NCBI GenBank assembly: GCA_043228905.1
Contig: JBHGNT010000015.1
Coordinates: forward strand, 15,314,001 to 15,378,000
From: Azolla caroliniana
Taxonomy: Eukaryota > Plantae > Polypodiophyta
Direction: 5' to 3'
DNA: 64,000 bases
Shown here: in pieces, positions 12,032 through 23,400 of the stretch
How the letters are laid out: each line of letters starts with the position of its first letter
Numbering within the stretch: position 1 is the first letter of the stretch
Program-made: the position numbers and the translations under genes
Notes under the pieces: model-generated
The model's database searches: none
What the model was told of the DNA's origin: nothing
What the model saw: the letters and a program-made list of their open reading frames with translations, nothing else

Positions 12032-13684
12032 TTTCTGTGTCGATTTCGCTCTGATACCACTTGTTGAGAACTTGACGTTCCTGTTGTCCGACGCTCGGCC
12101 ACAACCGAGCTTCTTTACATACACAGAAAAACAGGTAATGAAACGCGACACAAGAAAAAAAAAAGGAGAAATGGTACACAGGAGGTATACGTGGAAAACC
12201 CCAAAATAGGGGAAAAACCACGGCAGCCCACAAGCTGCAAACTGTCGCTATGTAGAAATATACAACAGTGAGATCACTGAGGCAACGACCTCGTGCTCTC
12301 AGATCTTCGCCACAGGCGGCGGTTACAACAAAGGCAACGACCTCGTCTCTCTCTCTCTCTCTCTCTGTACAGTTACGCGCTCTGATTTCTTCTTGCACCA
12401 ACAAGGAAGAATAATTAATCACAAGAATGACAACACACCTAAAAGTTTGCCCTAAGTCATATTTATACTAATATGATTTTTCGGCTATTTACAAATGTAG
12501 CCTCGATGGGCTCCATCCGGCTCTCCGGAGTCGGGTTCTCCTCATCCGGTTCATACCGGGCCTACACCATCCGACTCTCCGAAGTCGGGTTTTCCCCATT
12601 CGGTTCATACCGTTTCGGCCTCGGCCGAGTTTGTTCGTCGGCACTGTTCTTCTCCCTTCCCATCCGGAGGGACCTGTCTACCAACAAAGACAAACACAAA
12701 AGCGAAGGAAAAATGACCTAAAAGCAAAACTCAAATCATAACAAAACTTTAAATCGTATAGAAATACGAGAGAGAGTGAAAAAAGGAGATGAGGGCATCC
12801 ACGAAATTTTAAAACATTTGAGGGGTATCAAGCAAAATTTAAAAAACATGAGGGCACAATATAAAATTTTACAAACAAGAGGGCACCACTAGAATTTTGA
12901 AAATCCCCAAGACTACTCACACACACTCAAAACAAAGGAAGAACACACATACATACGACATGATTTTGGACCCATGACGAAGTTCATAAGCCGACAAAAT
13001 GAGAATGTTTGTGTCGCGGAAAGATTTGCTAACCGACAAAGATGTTCGAGTCAAGCATTCCGATCGAGGGAGTTGATCGTTGAAAGGACCGATGGAAGTT
13101 CCGGTCGAAGAAATATCATCATCAAGGCATGTGGGATCGACGTGCAAGGCACTTTCCCACGGGCGTGCCATATTGTGTTACCCCGTATGAGATGTACGGA
13201 GAGTCAATGTGATAAGCGAGGGTCAAATGGTATCATGATGATTGTTGTGTGTGTGTAGGGGGCATAAATGTAATTGTGAGTCAATACGTATGTGAACACA
13301 TGCACACGTGTGTGCATGTGGATGGATACGAGGAGGTGTGAGTGAGTGTCCAGTATGAATGCTCTAGGGGGCTTACACCCCTTTGTATCTACCCCCTCTT
13401 GTACTATTTAACCCCTTATGGGGAATGAATGAATGAATGAACATTCTCTCTCTAATCTCTCTCTCTTTGACATCTTTTCTCTTCTCTCTCCCTCTCTCAC
13501 GTTGAACCCCCTTGGGAGGGGGCTGGAGCCATTCTAGGCACCACCCCCCACCCCGCAATGCTTCTCTATATGATCTCTCTCACCATCATACTCTCCATCA
13601 CCATGTCTATCTTCATTACCAATCATCATAGTTATCATTCATCATCATCATCGTCCTTAACCCTAACCCTAAAAACCTATAACA

Positions 13685-13767
13685 GTTATCTCGTCGTAAC
13701 ACCCTTTGGTGAAGTGTCTTAAATGGACACCCTGTGTTAGGCTGTTGTCCGGCCCTAAGGATTAACA
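13685..13767. mobile_element. Terminal remnant of another LTR, ending ...ggattAACA, inserted in copia C
   Basis: 83 bp between the non-coding element LTR and the abrupt resumption of copia RT sequence (gttgaaaccgggagat) at 13768. Ends in an LTR-like AACA. Confidence 0.45.
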
Positions 13768-15801
13768 GTTGAAACCGGGAGATGCTGGCAACCCCCGAGA
13801 TACAAAGCCAGGATCGTGGTGAAGGGGTTCCAACAGAAGAAGGGCGTGGACTTCGACGAGATATTTGCCCCGGTAGTAAAGATGACCTCCATCCGGACGG
13901 TGCTAAGTATAGCGGCAAGCATGGACCTCGAGGTAGAGCAGTTGGACGTGAAGACGGCATTCCTTCACGGTGACCTCGAAGAGGAGATCTACATGCAGCA
14001 ACCGGAAGGATTCGTGGAGAAAGGGAAGGAGCACCAGGTTTGCCGGTTGAAGAAGAGCTTGTATGGACTGAAGCAGGCTCCCCGACAATGGTACCGGAAG
14101 TTCGACTCCTTCATGACTGATCAAGGGTACCACAAGACGTAGGCCGATCACTGCATGTTTGTGAAGAAGTTCGAAGGAGGCGACCTCCTGATACTCCTTT
14201 TGTACATGGACGACATGTTGATCGTCGGACGGGACCAAGCCAAAATACGGATGTTGAAGAAGGCTCTCAATCAAACCTTCGCAATGAAAGACCTGGGCCC
14301 AACAAGACAGATACTGGGGATGCACACCATCCAGGACCGGTCAAAGAAGCAATTGTGGTTGTCACAGGAGAAATACGTGACAAAGGTGCTTCAGCGGTTC
14401 AACATGTTAGAAGCAAAACCGGTCGGATCGACACTCCCTGCAAACTACAGACTATCCGGTAAGCAAAGCCCGAAGACAGAAGCAGAGAAGGCTGATATGA
14501 TGAAGGTTCAATATGCCTCTGCCGTTGGGAGCTTGATGTACGCAACGGTGTGTACTCGGCCGGATATTAGATACGCAGTCGGAGTGGTGAGCCGGTTTAT
14601 GAGCATCCCGGCAAGGAGCACTGGAACGCGGTCAAATGGATACTCCGGTACTTGAAGGGCACTTCGAATATGTGTCTCCGATTCGGCTCCGGAAAACCTC
14701 AACTTGACGGTTACACCGATTCGGACATGTCGGCTGATGTGGATACCAGCCGGTCTACATCCGGGTATGTAATGACATATGCAGGGGGAGCTGTTTCGTG
14801 GCAGTCGAGGTTGCAGAAGACGGTTGTGTTGTCAACCACGGAGGCGGAGTACATGGCGGTTGTGGAAGCCGGCAAGGAAATATTATGGATGAAGGACTTC
14901 ATCGAAGAGCTCGATATCCGGCAAGATGAATATTGGCTCTATTGTGATAGTCAAAGTGCCATCCACCTTGCTAAGAACGCAGCGTACCATTCCAGGACGA
15001 AGCACATCCAGCGTAGGTATCACTGGATCCAGGAGCGAGTAGAAGATCGAGAGTTCGCGTTGACGAAGATCCATACGAACGAGAACGGGTCAGATATGCT
15101 GACCAAAGTACTTATACCCGACAAGCTGGATGCATGTCGGAAGCGGATCGGACTAGTAAGACATCCCATGCCGGAGTGAAGGGGGAGTTTGTTAGGAAAC
15201 AGGTCCCTCCGGATGGGAAGTGAGAAGAACAATATTGATGAGCAAACTCCCCCGGATGTGGAGTACTCGGCAACGGAAGGCCCGGTGAGAACCGGATGAC
15301 GAGTGCCCGACAAGAGCCGGATGATGCAGGCCCGGTGAGGAGTGCTCACCGGATGAAGGGACATATTCGTAAATATGTTTTTGAGAGTCCATTGGGGCTA
15401 TATTTGTAAATAGCTGAAAAGTCATATTAGTATAAATATGACTTAGGGCAAACTTAGTATAGTGTTGTATTCATTCTTGTTGGTGCAAGATTTTAGAGTG
15501 CAACCGTGTACAGAGAGAGAGAGAGAGACGAAGAGGACGTTGTCTTTGTTGTAACCGCCGCCTATGGCGAAGACTGTGAGCAAGAGGTCGTTGCCTTTGT
15601 GTTCATCTATTGTACATTGTAACATAGTGATAGTTTGCAGTCTGTGGACTGTCGTGGTTTTTCCCGTGTTTGGGTTTTCCACGTAAACAACTATGTACTC
15701 TTCTCTTTACTGTTTCGTGCATACATTATCCATTTTTTTCTGTGTTTGATCCTAGACTCAGTTGTGGCCGAGCGTTGTCGAAAGAGCGCGTAGTCCTCTC
15801 A
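13768..15801 (+). mobile_element. Copia C, 3' part (degenerate RT-RNase H 13768-15179 plus 3' LTR 15190-15801), same family as A/B
   Basis: ORF pieces 13816-14142, 14155-14655 and 14652-15179 match A/B pol, with a stop and a frameshift. PPT gaagggggag, then LTR TGTTAGG...CTCTCA. Confidence 0.9.
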
Positions 15802-16836
15802 CTAATATCAGCCGGTCGGCTAGATGATGAAGGCTAGATGATGAAGGCTACACGGGTAGCATCCGGAACGGAGTTATGAAGTTCAATAAAGGGAGCCTAA
15901 TAGTGGCTCGAGCCTAGAAGGTCAACACACTATACTTGATGAATGCCCGGATATGCCGAGAAGAAGTGAAGGTAGCATCCGATACTGCTAGTGAGATGTG
16001 GCACAAAAGACTGTGTCACATGAGTGAGAAGAGGATGAAGAGACTTGCGGAAGACAATCTCATTCCGATGAAGGACGTGCAACTTGAGAAGTGCACCAAT
16101 TGTCTTGTCGGCAAGCAAAACCGAACCTCCTTCTAGTCAAGACCACCGATGAGACAGAATGTATCACTGGAACTGGTGCATACAGATGTGTGTCAAGTGG
16201 ACACGAAGTCACATGCCAGATCATAGTACTTCGTGACATTCATAGACGACCACAACCGGAAGTTGTGAGTCTCACCGTTGAAGACGAAGGATCGGGTGCT
16301 ATCCGTCTTCAAGGAGCTCCACGCGAGAGTGGAAAGAGAAACCGATCGGAAGCTAAAGGCGGTTCGAGCAGATAACGGAGGAGAATACCGGGGGCAATTC
16401 GAGGAGTAATGTCGGTCGAAGGGAATCTGGGTCAAATTCACCGTGCCGAACATGCCAGAATTGAACGGGCTGGCCGAAAGGATGAACCGAACCATAATGG
16501 AGAGAGTCCGAAGTATGCTAGCACATGCCAAGTTACCCAAGACGTTCTGGGCTGAGGCGCTAACAACGACGACCTATGTGATAAACAGATCACCCTCAGC
16601 ACCCTTGGAAGGAGACTCACGTTAGAAAGTATGGACCAGTAAAGATGTATCTGAACGGCATCTGAAGGTGTTCAGGGGTCTCGCATACATGCATGTGGCG
16701 AAGGACAAGAGAGCAAAGCTTGATCCGAAGTCTCAGCCATGCATATTCTTTGGATACAATGACGATGAGTTCAATTACCGGGTGTGGGATATGGTCAACA
16801 AGAATGTGTTCCGGAGTCAGGACATAGTCTTCATGG

Positions 16837-19024
16837 TCGAACCCATGACCTTATGCTACATGGGTCGAGCTCTTGACCATTAGACCATACATTGTAATAC
16901 GTAGAATATTATTTTCATTTATGTTTTATTATAGAAAATTGATGTATATTCCAGATTTCTCTGGAACATTCTAGAAACTTCAGGAGTATTCCTTAGAACA
17001 CTATAAAAGGAGGCACAAGGCATTATTTCGAACCAAAATCGGTTCAAACTGTCAGGAACAGTACTAAGACAGAGAAGGAATTAGTACTAAAAGAAGTATT
17101 AGTACTAAGAGAGGTGAAGAACTCTCAAGAGAAGGAAAGAGTGAGTGAGAGGGAGGGAGAGAGAGATCGAGAGAGAGAGTGTGTGATGATAAGAAAAGAT
17201 ATATATTATGTGAAGAGAATGTACATTAGTAGCTAGGAGGCTTAAGACTGGCGTTGAACCGATTTGGTTCGAAATAATGCCTTGTGCCTCCATTTATAGT
17301 GTTCTAAGGAATACTCCTGAAGTTTCTAGAATGTTCTAGAGAAATCTGGAATATACATCAATTTTCTATAATAAAACATAAATGAAAATAATATTCTACA
17401 TATTACAATGTATGGTCTAATGGTCAAGATAGTTAGGAGGCTTAAGACTGGCATTGAACCAATTTGGTTCGAAATAATGCCTTGTGCCTCCTTTTATAGT
17501 GTTCTAAGGAATACTCCTGAAGTTTCTAGAATGTTCAAGAGAAATCTGGAATATACATCAATTTTCTATAATAAAACATAAATGAAAATAATATTCTACG
17601 TATTACAATGTATGGTCTAATGGTCAAGAGCTCGAAGCGACTATATGACTCCCTCGGAAAAGGTTTCGCTACCACTGAGGCGTAGGTAGGCTCTGATCTT
17701 GCCCTCAGAATCTGGAATTGTCGTTCCGAACGTCGTTCGAAGAGGCGGTTGTCGCATCTCACCGCGCGACTAATTGCCTCTGTTAATGACTTTTGCTCTT
17801 CGGGGAAGGTCAAGAGTAAATCCTTGACATCATTGCATAAGCCATAACGGAATTGCTCCATCAATGCGTGATCATCCCAAGGGATATCGGCAGCAAGTAG
17901 GTGGAAATCTGCAGCGTATGCGGAAGCTGGACGATCACCTTGGCGTAATCGCCGAATTTTGTTGATTGCAGTCCTTATGCTATCAGTATCTCCAAAACGG
18001 GCCTTAAACTCACTTATAAATTCTTCAAAACTATTTAGTAATGGAGATTCCTTTTCCAACAATGGAGCAAACCATGCTAACGTTGAGCCACTAAGGAGAG
18101 TGCCTACTAGTCCCACTCGTGATGCATCGGTGGGATATCGAGAAGGATGCATTTGTATCACTAAACGTACCTGATTCAAAAACCCTCTAAACTGTGATCG
18201 GGTCCCATCAAATTTTGCAGGAAGACCGATCTTGGGTTCTTTGTGAATCCCTTGAGTGCTTGATCCTTGTTGTTGTAATGATATGATAGTCGCTTCGAGT
18301 TGTTGTACACGTAACGTCATCTCCCCATGTTGTTTTTCCAGCGCTATTTGTTGAAGATCCCCCAACAAACGATGATTTTCTTGTTCTAGTGCTACAAATT
18401 TTTCTTTTAAGCACTGGAGCTCTGAGAAATTAGATTGGTATTCCTGAGCACTAACAGTTTCCATTTTACTAGGGAGGATAAGAGGATTAATAAGAAGATA
18501 AAAGGAAGAGGAAAAGCAACGACGCCGAGCAAACCGACTATGTCTTTATTGCAGTGGACCAGGTCATATCGCGGTAAACTGTCCCCATAGGCCAAGAAGG
18601 CAGGTAAACCAAATAGTTGCTAGTTTTGATTGTACTAAACCCGAGTCTATTTTAGTAGGGATACATTGTAATACATAGAATATTATTTTCATTTATGTTT
18701 TATTATAGAAAATTGATGTATATTCCAGATTTCTCTGGAACATTCTAGAAACTTCAAGAGTATTCCTTAGAACACTATAAAAGGAGGCACAAGGCATTAT
18801 TTCGAACCAAATCGGTTCAACGCCAGTCTTAAGCCTCCTAGCTACTAATGTACATTCTCTTCACATAATATATATCTTTTCTTATCATCACTCTCTCTCT
18901 CTCTCGATCTCTCTCTCCCTCCCTCTCACTCACTCTTTCCTTCTCTTGAGAGTTCTTCATCTCTCTTAGTACTAATACTTCTTTTAGTACTAATTCCTTC
19001 TCTGTCTTAGTACTATTCCTGACA
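16837..19024. mobile_element. Rearranged chromovirus-type (Tcn1-like) Ty3/gypsy derivative with four partial LTR copies in both orientations
   Basis: CATGG duplicated at 16832-16836 and 19025-19029. LTR pieces at 16837-17049 (+), 17050-17429 (-), 17430-17634 (-) and 18661-19024 (+, ends CTGACA). Confidence 0.75.
17635..18464 (-). pseudogene. Ty3/gypsy gag (Retrotrans_gag/DUF4939-like), C-terminally truncated
   Basis: PAKFDGTRSQFRGFLNQV...LAWF...LRQGDRPASAYAADF...FRYGL. The ORF runs into LTR sequence at ~17635. The matching zinc knuckle (CLYCSGPGHIAVNC) is on the + strand at ~18540-18585. Confidence 0.85.
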
Positions 19025-20405
19025 CATGGAAGATAGGACCATTGTTGACTGGGAGTCGGAGAAGAAGGTGATGAACTCCGGATCATTCAATGAAAGTCGG
19101 CTTGAGGACACAAGGACATACACGGTTGAAAACCGGATGACACTCGACGAACCGGTCGGATACGGACAAGAAACCGAACCGACCGAAGAAGAAGAAGAAG
19201 ACACTGGAACCGGACAAGATCCTGAATCGGATTTGGATGAGGAACAGACGGAGGAACCGTTAGTCAGAAACCAAGGACGGAGATATCCTCTTAGAGAGAG
19301 AAGAGCCCCCCCAGAGATTTCCGGATGCAGAGCATGTGTTGCTAACTGATGAGGGGGAGCCGGAAAGCTTTGAAGAAGCAAAGAGAGACACCCACAACCG
19401 CAAGTGGTTAACTGCCATGCATGATGAGATGGATTCCCTGCATGAGAACCATAAGTATGAACTAACAAAGTTGCCGAAAGGAAAGAGGGCACTCCGGAAC
19501 AAGTGGGTGTACAAGGTCAAACCAGGAGATGTCGGAAATCCACCAAGGTATAAGGCCCGAATTGTGGGGAAGGGTTTCCAGCAGAAGAAAGGAGTGGACT
19601 TTGATGCCCCGGTAGTAAAGATGACATCTTTCCGAACGATATTGGGCATAACGGCAAGCATGGATCTCGAGGTAGAGCAACTGGACGTGAAGACGACATT
19701 CCTCCATAGTGACCTCGAAGAAGAGATCTACATGCATCAACCGGAAGGATTTGAGAAGAATGGGAAGGAGCACCTGGTGTGCCGGTTGAAGAAGAGCTTA
19801 TACATACTAAAGCAAGCACCCTGACAATGGTACCGGAAGTTCGACTCCTTCATGACTAACCAAGGGTACCACAAGACACAGGCCGATCATTGTGTGTTTG
19901 TGAAGAAATTTGACAAAGGAGATTTCCTGATACTCCTATATGTGGATGATATGTTGATCATCGGACGAGACCAACTCAAGATACGAATGTTGAAGAAGCC
20001 TCTAAACCAGACTGATAGGGTGTTTAAGACAAAGGGTAATCTTACACTATATGAGGGCTTGACCAAATCGGTTAGATGGAATTGTGACTCATAATATATT
20101 ATATAGATCAAGGTATCTACGAATGAGAGAGAGAGACTCAAGATGTATATCATAACAATTAAGACCCTTCCTCTTCCACTAAGACCCTTCTTCCTAATCC
20201 TCCTCCTCCTCTATTAGGATCCCCTCCTTCCACTAAGACCCTTTTTCCTAATCCTCCTCCTCCTCTATTAGGATCCCTCCTCCTCTATTAGGATCCCCTC
20301 CTTCCACTAAGACCTTCCTTCCTAATCCTCCTCCTCCTCTATTAGGATCCCTTCTCCTCTATTAGGATCCCCTCCTTCCACTAAGACCTTCTCCCTAATC
20401 CTCCT

Positions 20406-23400
20406 TGTTGGAAGCAATGTCGTCTGTGCGGAAGATCAAGAAGCACTCGATTCCTGTTTATTCCCTGTGAATGACAGAATGTAGGTCGTTGCACAGAGAG
20501 AGAGAGAGAGAGAGGCACAAAAAAGTCTTTCTATTGCATAAACTAGAATACAACAACCAACCTCACAAAGAGGTTACAAGGTCACTATATATAGTGACCA
20601 ACTTAGGGCAACTACCCTTTATGCTAATTACATAAATGGCCAAAACGGGATAGTGTGAATACGTCCATTATACACATGTATTCGACACTCCCCCGTAATG
20701 GGCGTATACATGGGTTATCTAAGATTACAGGTATAGACTTAGGTTCTCGGACATATCAGCTTTGTTCGAGTCGGCAGGGTCCGAAGGCAGAAGACCGAAC
20801 TGGTCGGGTCGGAACAGTTGAAGCCGATCATTAAGGAACTGATGTCGGTTGTCGGGAACCATCCTGCTCTGTGTCCAGCTCTAACCGGACTGGTTTGTCG
20901 TTACGCCCATCTGATGCCGAAGAGACCGAAAACGGTCTGCCGAAAGACACTTGGTCATTCCATCTGCGACATTGTCGGTTGTGGATATTTTCTCTAGACC
21001 GATTTTCCCTGAGATGACGCAGTCCCGAACGAAGTGATATCGAACGTCGATATGCTTGGAGGCGTTGTGGTGAACCGGATTTTTCGACAAGGCAACAGCA
21101 CCTTGACTGTCGCTGTAGACAACTGGAGCCGAGTCATGGTCGACTTGTCGAAACGTGTGCGCCAGCCGACCAAGCCATAAGGCTTCTTTTGCTGCGTCGG
21201 ACGCAGCTACATATTCTGCTTCGGTCGTTGAGGTCGCTGTGCATTCCTGAAGTTTCGACTTCCACGAGATTGCTCCATTGCCGAATTTGAAGCAGTATCC
21301 GGTTGTTGATTTCCGACTGTCTATACAGCCGGCGAAGTCCGAGTCGGTGTAACCGACTACGCCTGAGGTTCGGTTCGAACCGAAAAGAATGCCGTGATCT
21401 TTTGTGCCAGCCAAATATCTGAACACATGCTTGACTGCGTTCCAATGCGATCGGCCAGGATTGTGCATAAATCTGCTGACGACTCCTACGGCGTGAGAAA
21501 TATCAGGCCGTGTCGCGACCATCAGGTACATAAGGGAGCCGACTGCCGGTGCATACGGTACCGACTTCATATCTTCCCCCTCCGGACCGGATGTCGGGCA
21601 GTCTCGCTGAGAGAGCCGAAGATTCATGGGGAGCGGGGTTGAAGCAGATTTGGCTGATTGCATGTTGAAGCGTTCCAAGACACGTCCGATGTAGTCGGTC
21701 TGAGACAAAAAAAGATGTCGTTGATCGCGATGCCGACTAATCTTCATGCCGAGTATGTGTCGTGCCGGACCGAGGTCCTTCATGGCAAACTTCAACCGCA
21801 GTTGCCGAACGAGATCGGCAAGTTCGCCCGAGTGGCGTCCAGAAATTAGCATGTCGTCCACGTAAATGATGAGGAAGATGGGTGATCCATCTTGAGCTGT
21901 GTTGGTAAAGAGACAATGGTCCTCATCGCTTTTTGAGAAGCCGATCGATTGGATGAAGTCGTCGAACTTCTTGTACCATTGTCGCGGTGCCTGTTTGAGG
22001 CCGTATAGACTCTTCCTGAGTCGGCAGACTAGATGTTCTTGGCCAGGTGCCACGAAGCCTTTTGGCTGCTCCATATAAATTTCCTCCTCGAGATCACCAT
22101 GGAGGAAGGCTGTTTTGACATCTAGCTGAATCAGCTCCAGGTTGTCGGCTGCCACGACGCCGAGCAGAAAACGAAGGGTTGTCATTTTCACCACTGGTGA
22201 AAAAATCTCGTCGAAGTCGACGCCATATTCTTGTCGGAAGCCCTTCGCAACCAATCTGGCCTTGTACTTTGGGGTGGTCGAATCAGACGTCTCTTTTAGT
22301 CGATAGACCCACTTGCAAGGAAGAGCACGTCGGTTCCTCGGTAATTCGACCAAATCCCAAGTCTTGTTTGCCCGAATGGAGTGCATTTCCGACTCCATCG
22401 CCAGATGCCAGGTGGCCGAATCGACAGATGTCGATGCTTCTTCGTAAGACGTCGGTTCGCCGGCGTCGGTGAAGAAAATTCCAGGAGAATACCTCTCCGG
22501 AGGTTGCGACAGTCTCTCGGATCGTCGAGGTATGATTGGACTGGTCGCATCAGGTATCGAGGTCGGATGGTCCGAAACCGAAACATTCGGCTGTGCCGAG
22601 TCAGAGTTGTCCGAGTCGGTAGTATAAGGTTCAGCTACCCGTGAAGCTGACCGTGTGTTGAGAGCGGGGCCTTCTTGAAGGGTCGGCACATCGGAGAATG
22701 TTACCCTTCGGACTTCGATCGGTTTTTCGACTGATGGATTCATAGCCGACTCGTTGAACACAACGTCCGAACTTCGAACGATTTGTCTGTGTTCGGGGTC
22801 CCAGAGTCGGTATCCCATTTCGCCGTCTGATCCATATCCAAGGAAAATGCATTTCCTGGACCGAGGTGCAAGTTTTCGGCGATCATCTTTCGGAATGAGG
22901 GCGTACGCCTCGCATCCGAAGATCCTCAGCTTGTCGTAATTCGGCTTGCTGCCGATCCATAGTTCCTGAGGAATTTGAAGTCCTAGAGGTCTACTTGGCG
23001 ACATATTGATTATGTGTACTGCCGTGAGTAGAGCCTCTGCCCAGAAGCCATCCGACAGTCCGGAGTGTTGGAGCATGGAAACTATCCGTTCTTGGATTGT
23101 CCGATTCATTCGCTCTGCAATCCCGTTTTGCTCCGGACTGTGTGGTGCCGTAAATTCACGTCGGATGCCGCGTTGTCGGCAGAATTTGACGAATTCTTCT
23201 GATTTGAACTCTCCCCCATTGTCGGTCCGAAGGCATTTCAGCTTTCGGTCGGTTTGATTTTCCACCATAGCGAGCCAATCGGTGAAGATCGAGAAGACCC
23301 GATCTTTGGTGCGAATTGGATAAGCCCACACTTTTCGAGTCGAATCGTCAATAAAAGTGACGAAGTAAGATGCACCGCCTAGAGACTGATGCGGCATTGG

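Larger units (their letters stand above)
2011..12686 (-). mobile_element. Ty1/copia LTR retrotransposon A (Tnt1/Tork-like), full length, containing nested copia B
   Basis: 625-bp LTRs 12062-12686 and 2011-2635 (TG...CA, ~8 substitutions by eye). TSD AAGAC at 2006-2010 and 12687-12691. tRNA-iMet PBS at 12048-12059. PPT at ~7976-7990. Confidence 0.95.
500..13684. mobile_element. Non-autonomous, non-coding LTR element, copy 1 (partial LTR 500-842, LTR 13176-13684), interrupted by copia A at 2011-12686
   Basis: LTR TGTTACCCC...TATAACA at 13176-13684 is the reverse complement of the LTR at 41633-42129. TGGCGACCAC at 848 (+) and TGGCACGCCCGTGGGA at 13170-13155 (-), each 5 nt from an LTR end. Internal parts 843-2010 and 12687-13175 have no recognisable ORF. 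Confidence 0.8.
15802..20012 (+). mobile_element. Copia D, older decayed pol fragment (IN to RT), split by an insertion at 16837-19024
   Basis: LISAGRLDDEG at ~15802, LAERMNRTIMERVRSML, RSQDIVFM | MEDRTIVDWESEKK resuming at 19026, YVDDML near 19940. Many stops. Confidence 0.88.

Noticed and set aside
17535-18464. Domesticated PEG10/RTL-like gag gene
   Set aside because: Truncated, fused to LTR sequence and embedded in a rearranged TE insertion.
20161-20405. CRISPR-like array
   Set aside because: Degenerate tandem units without unique spacers, in eukaryotic TE context.
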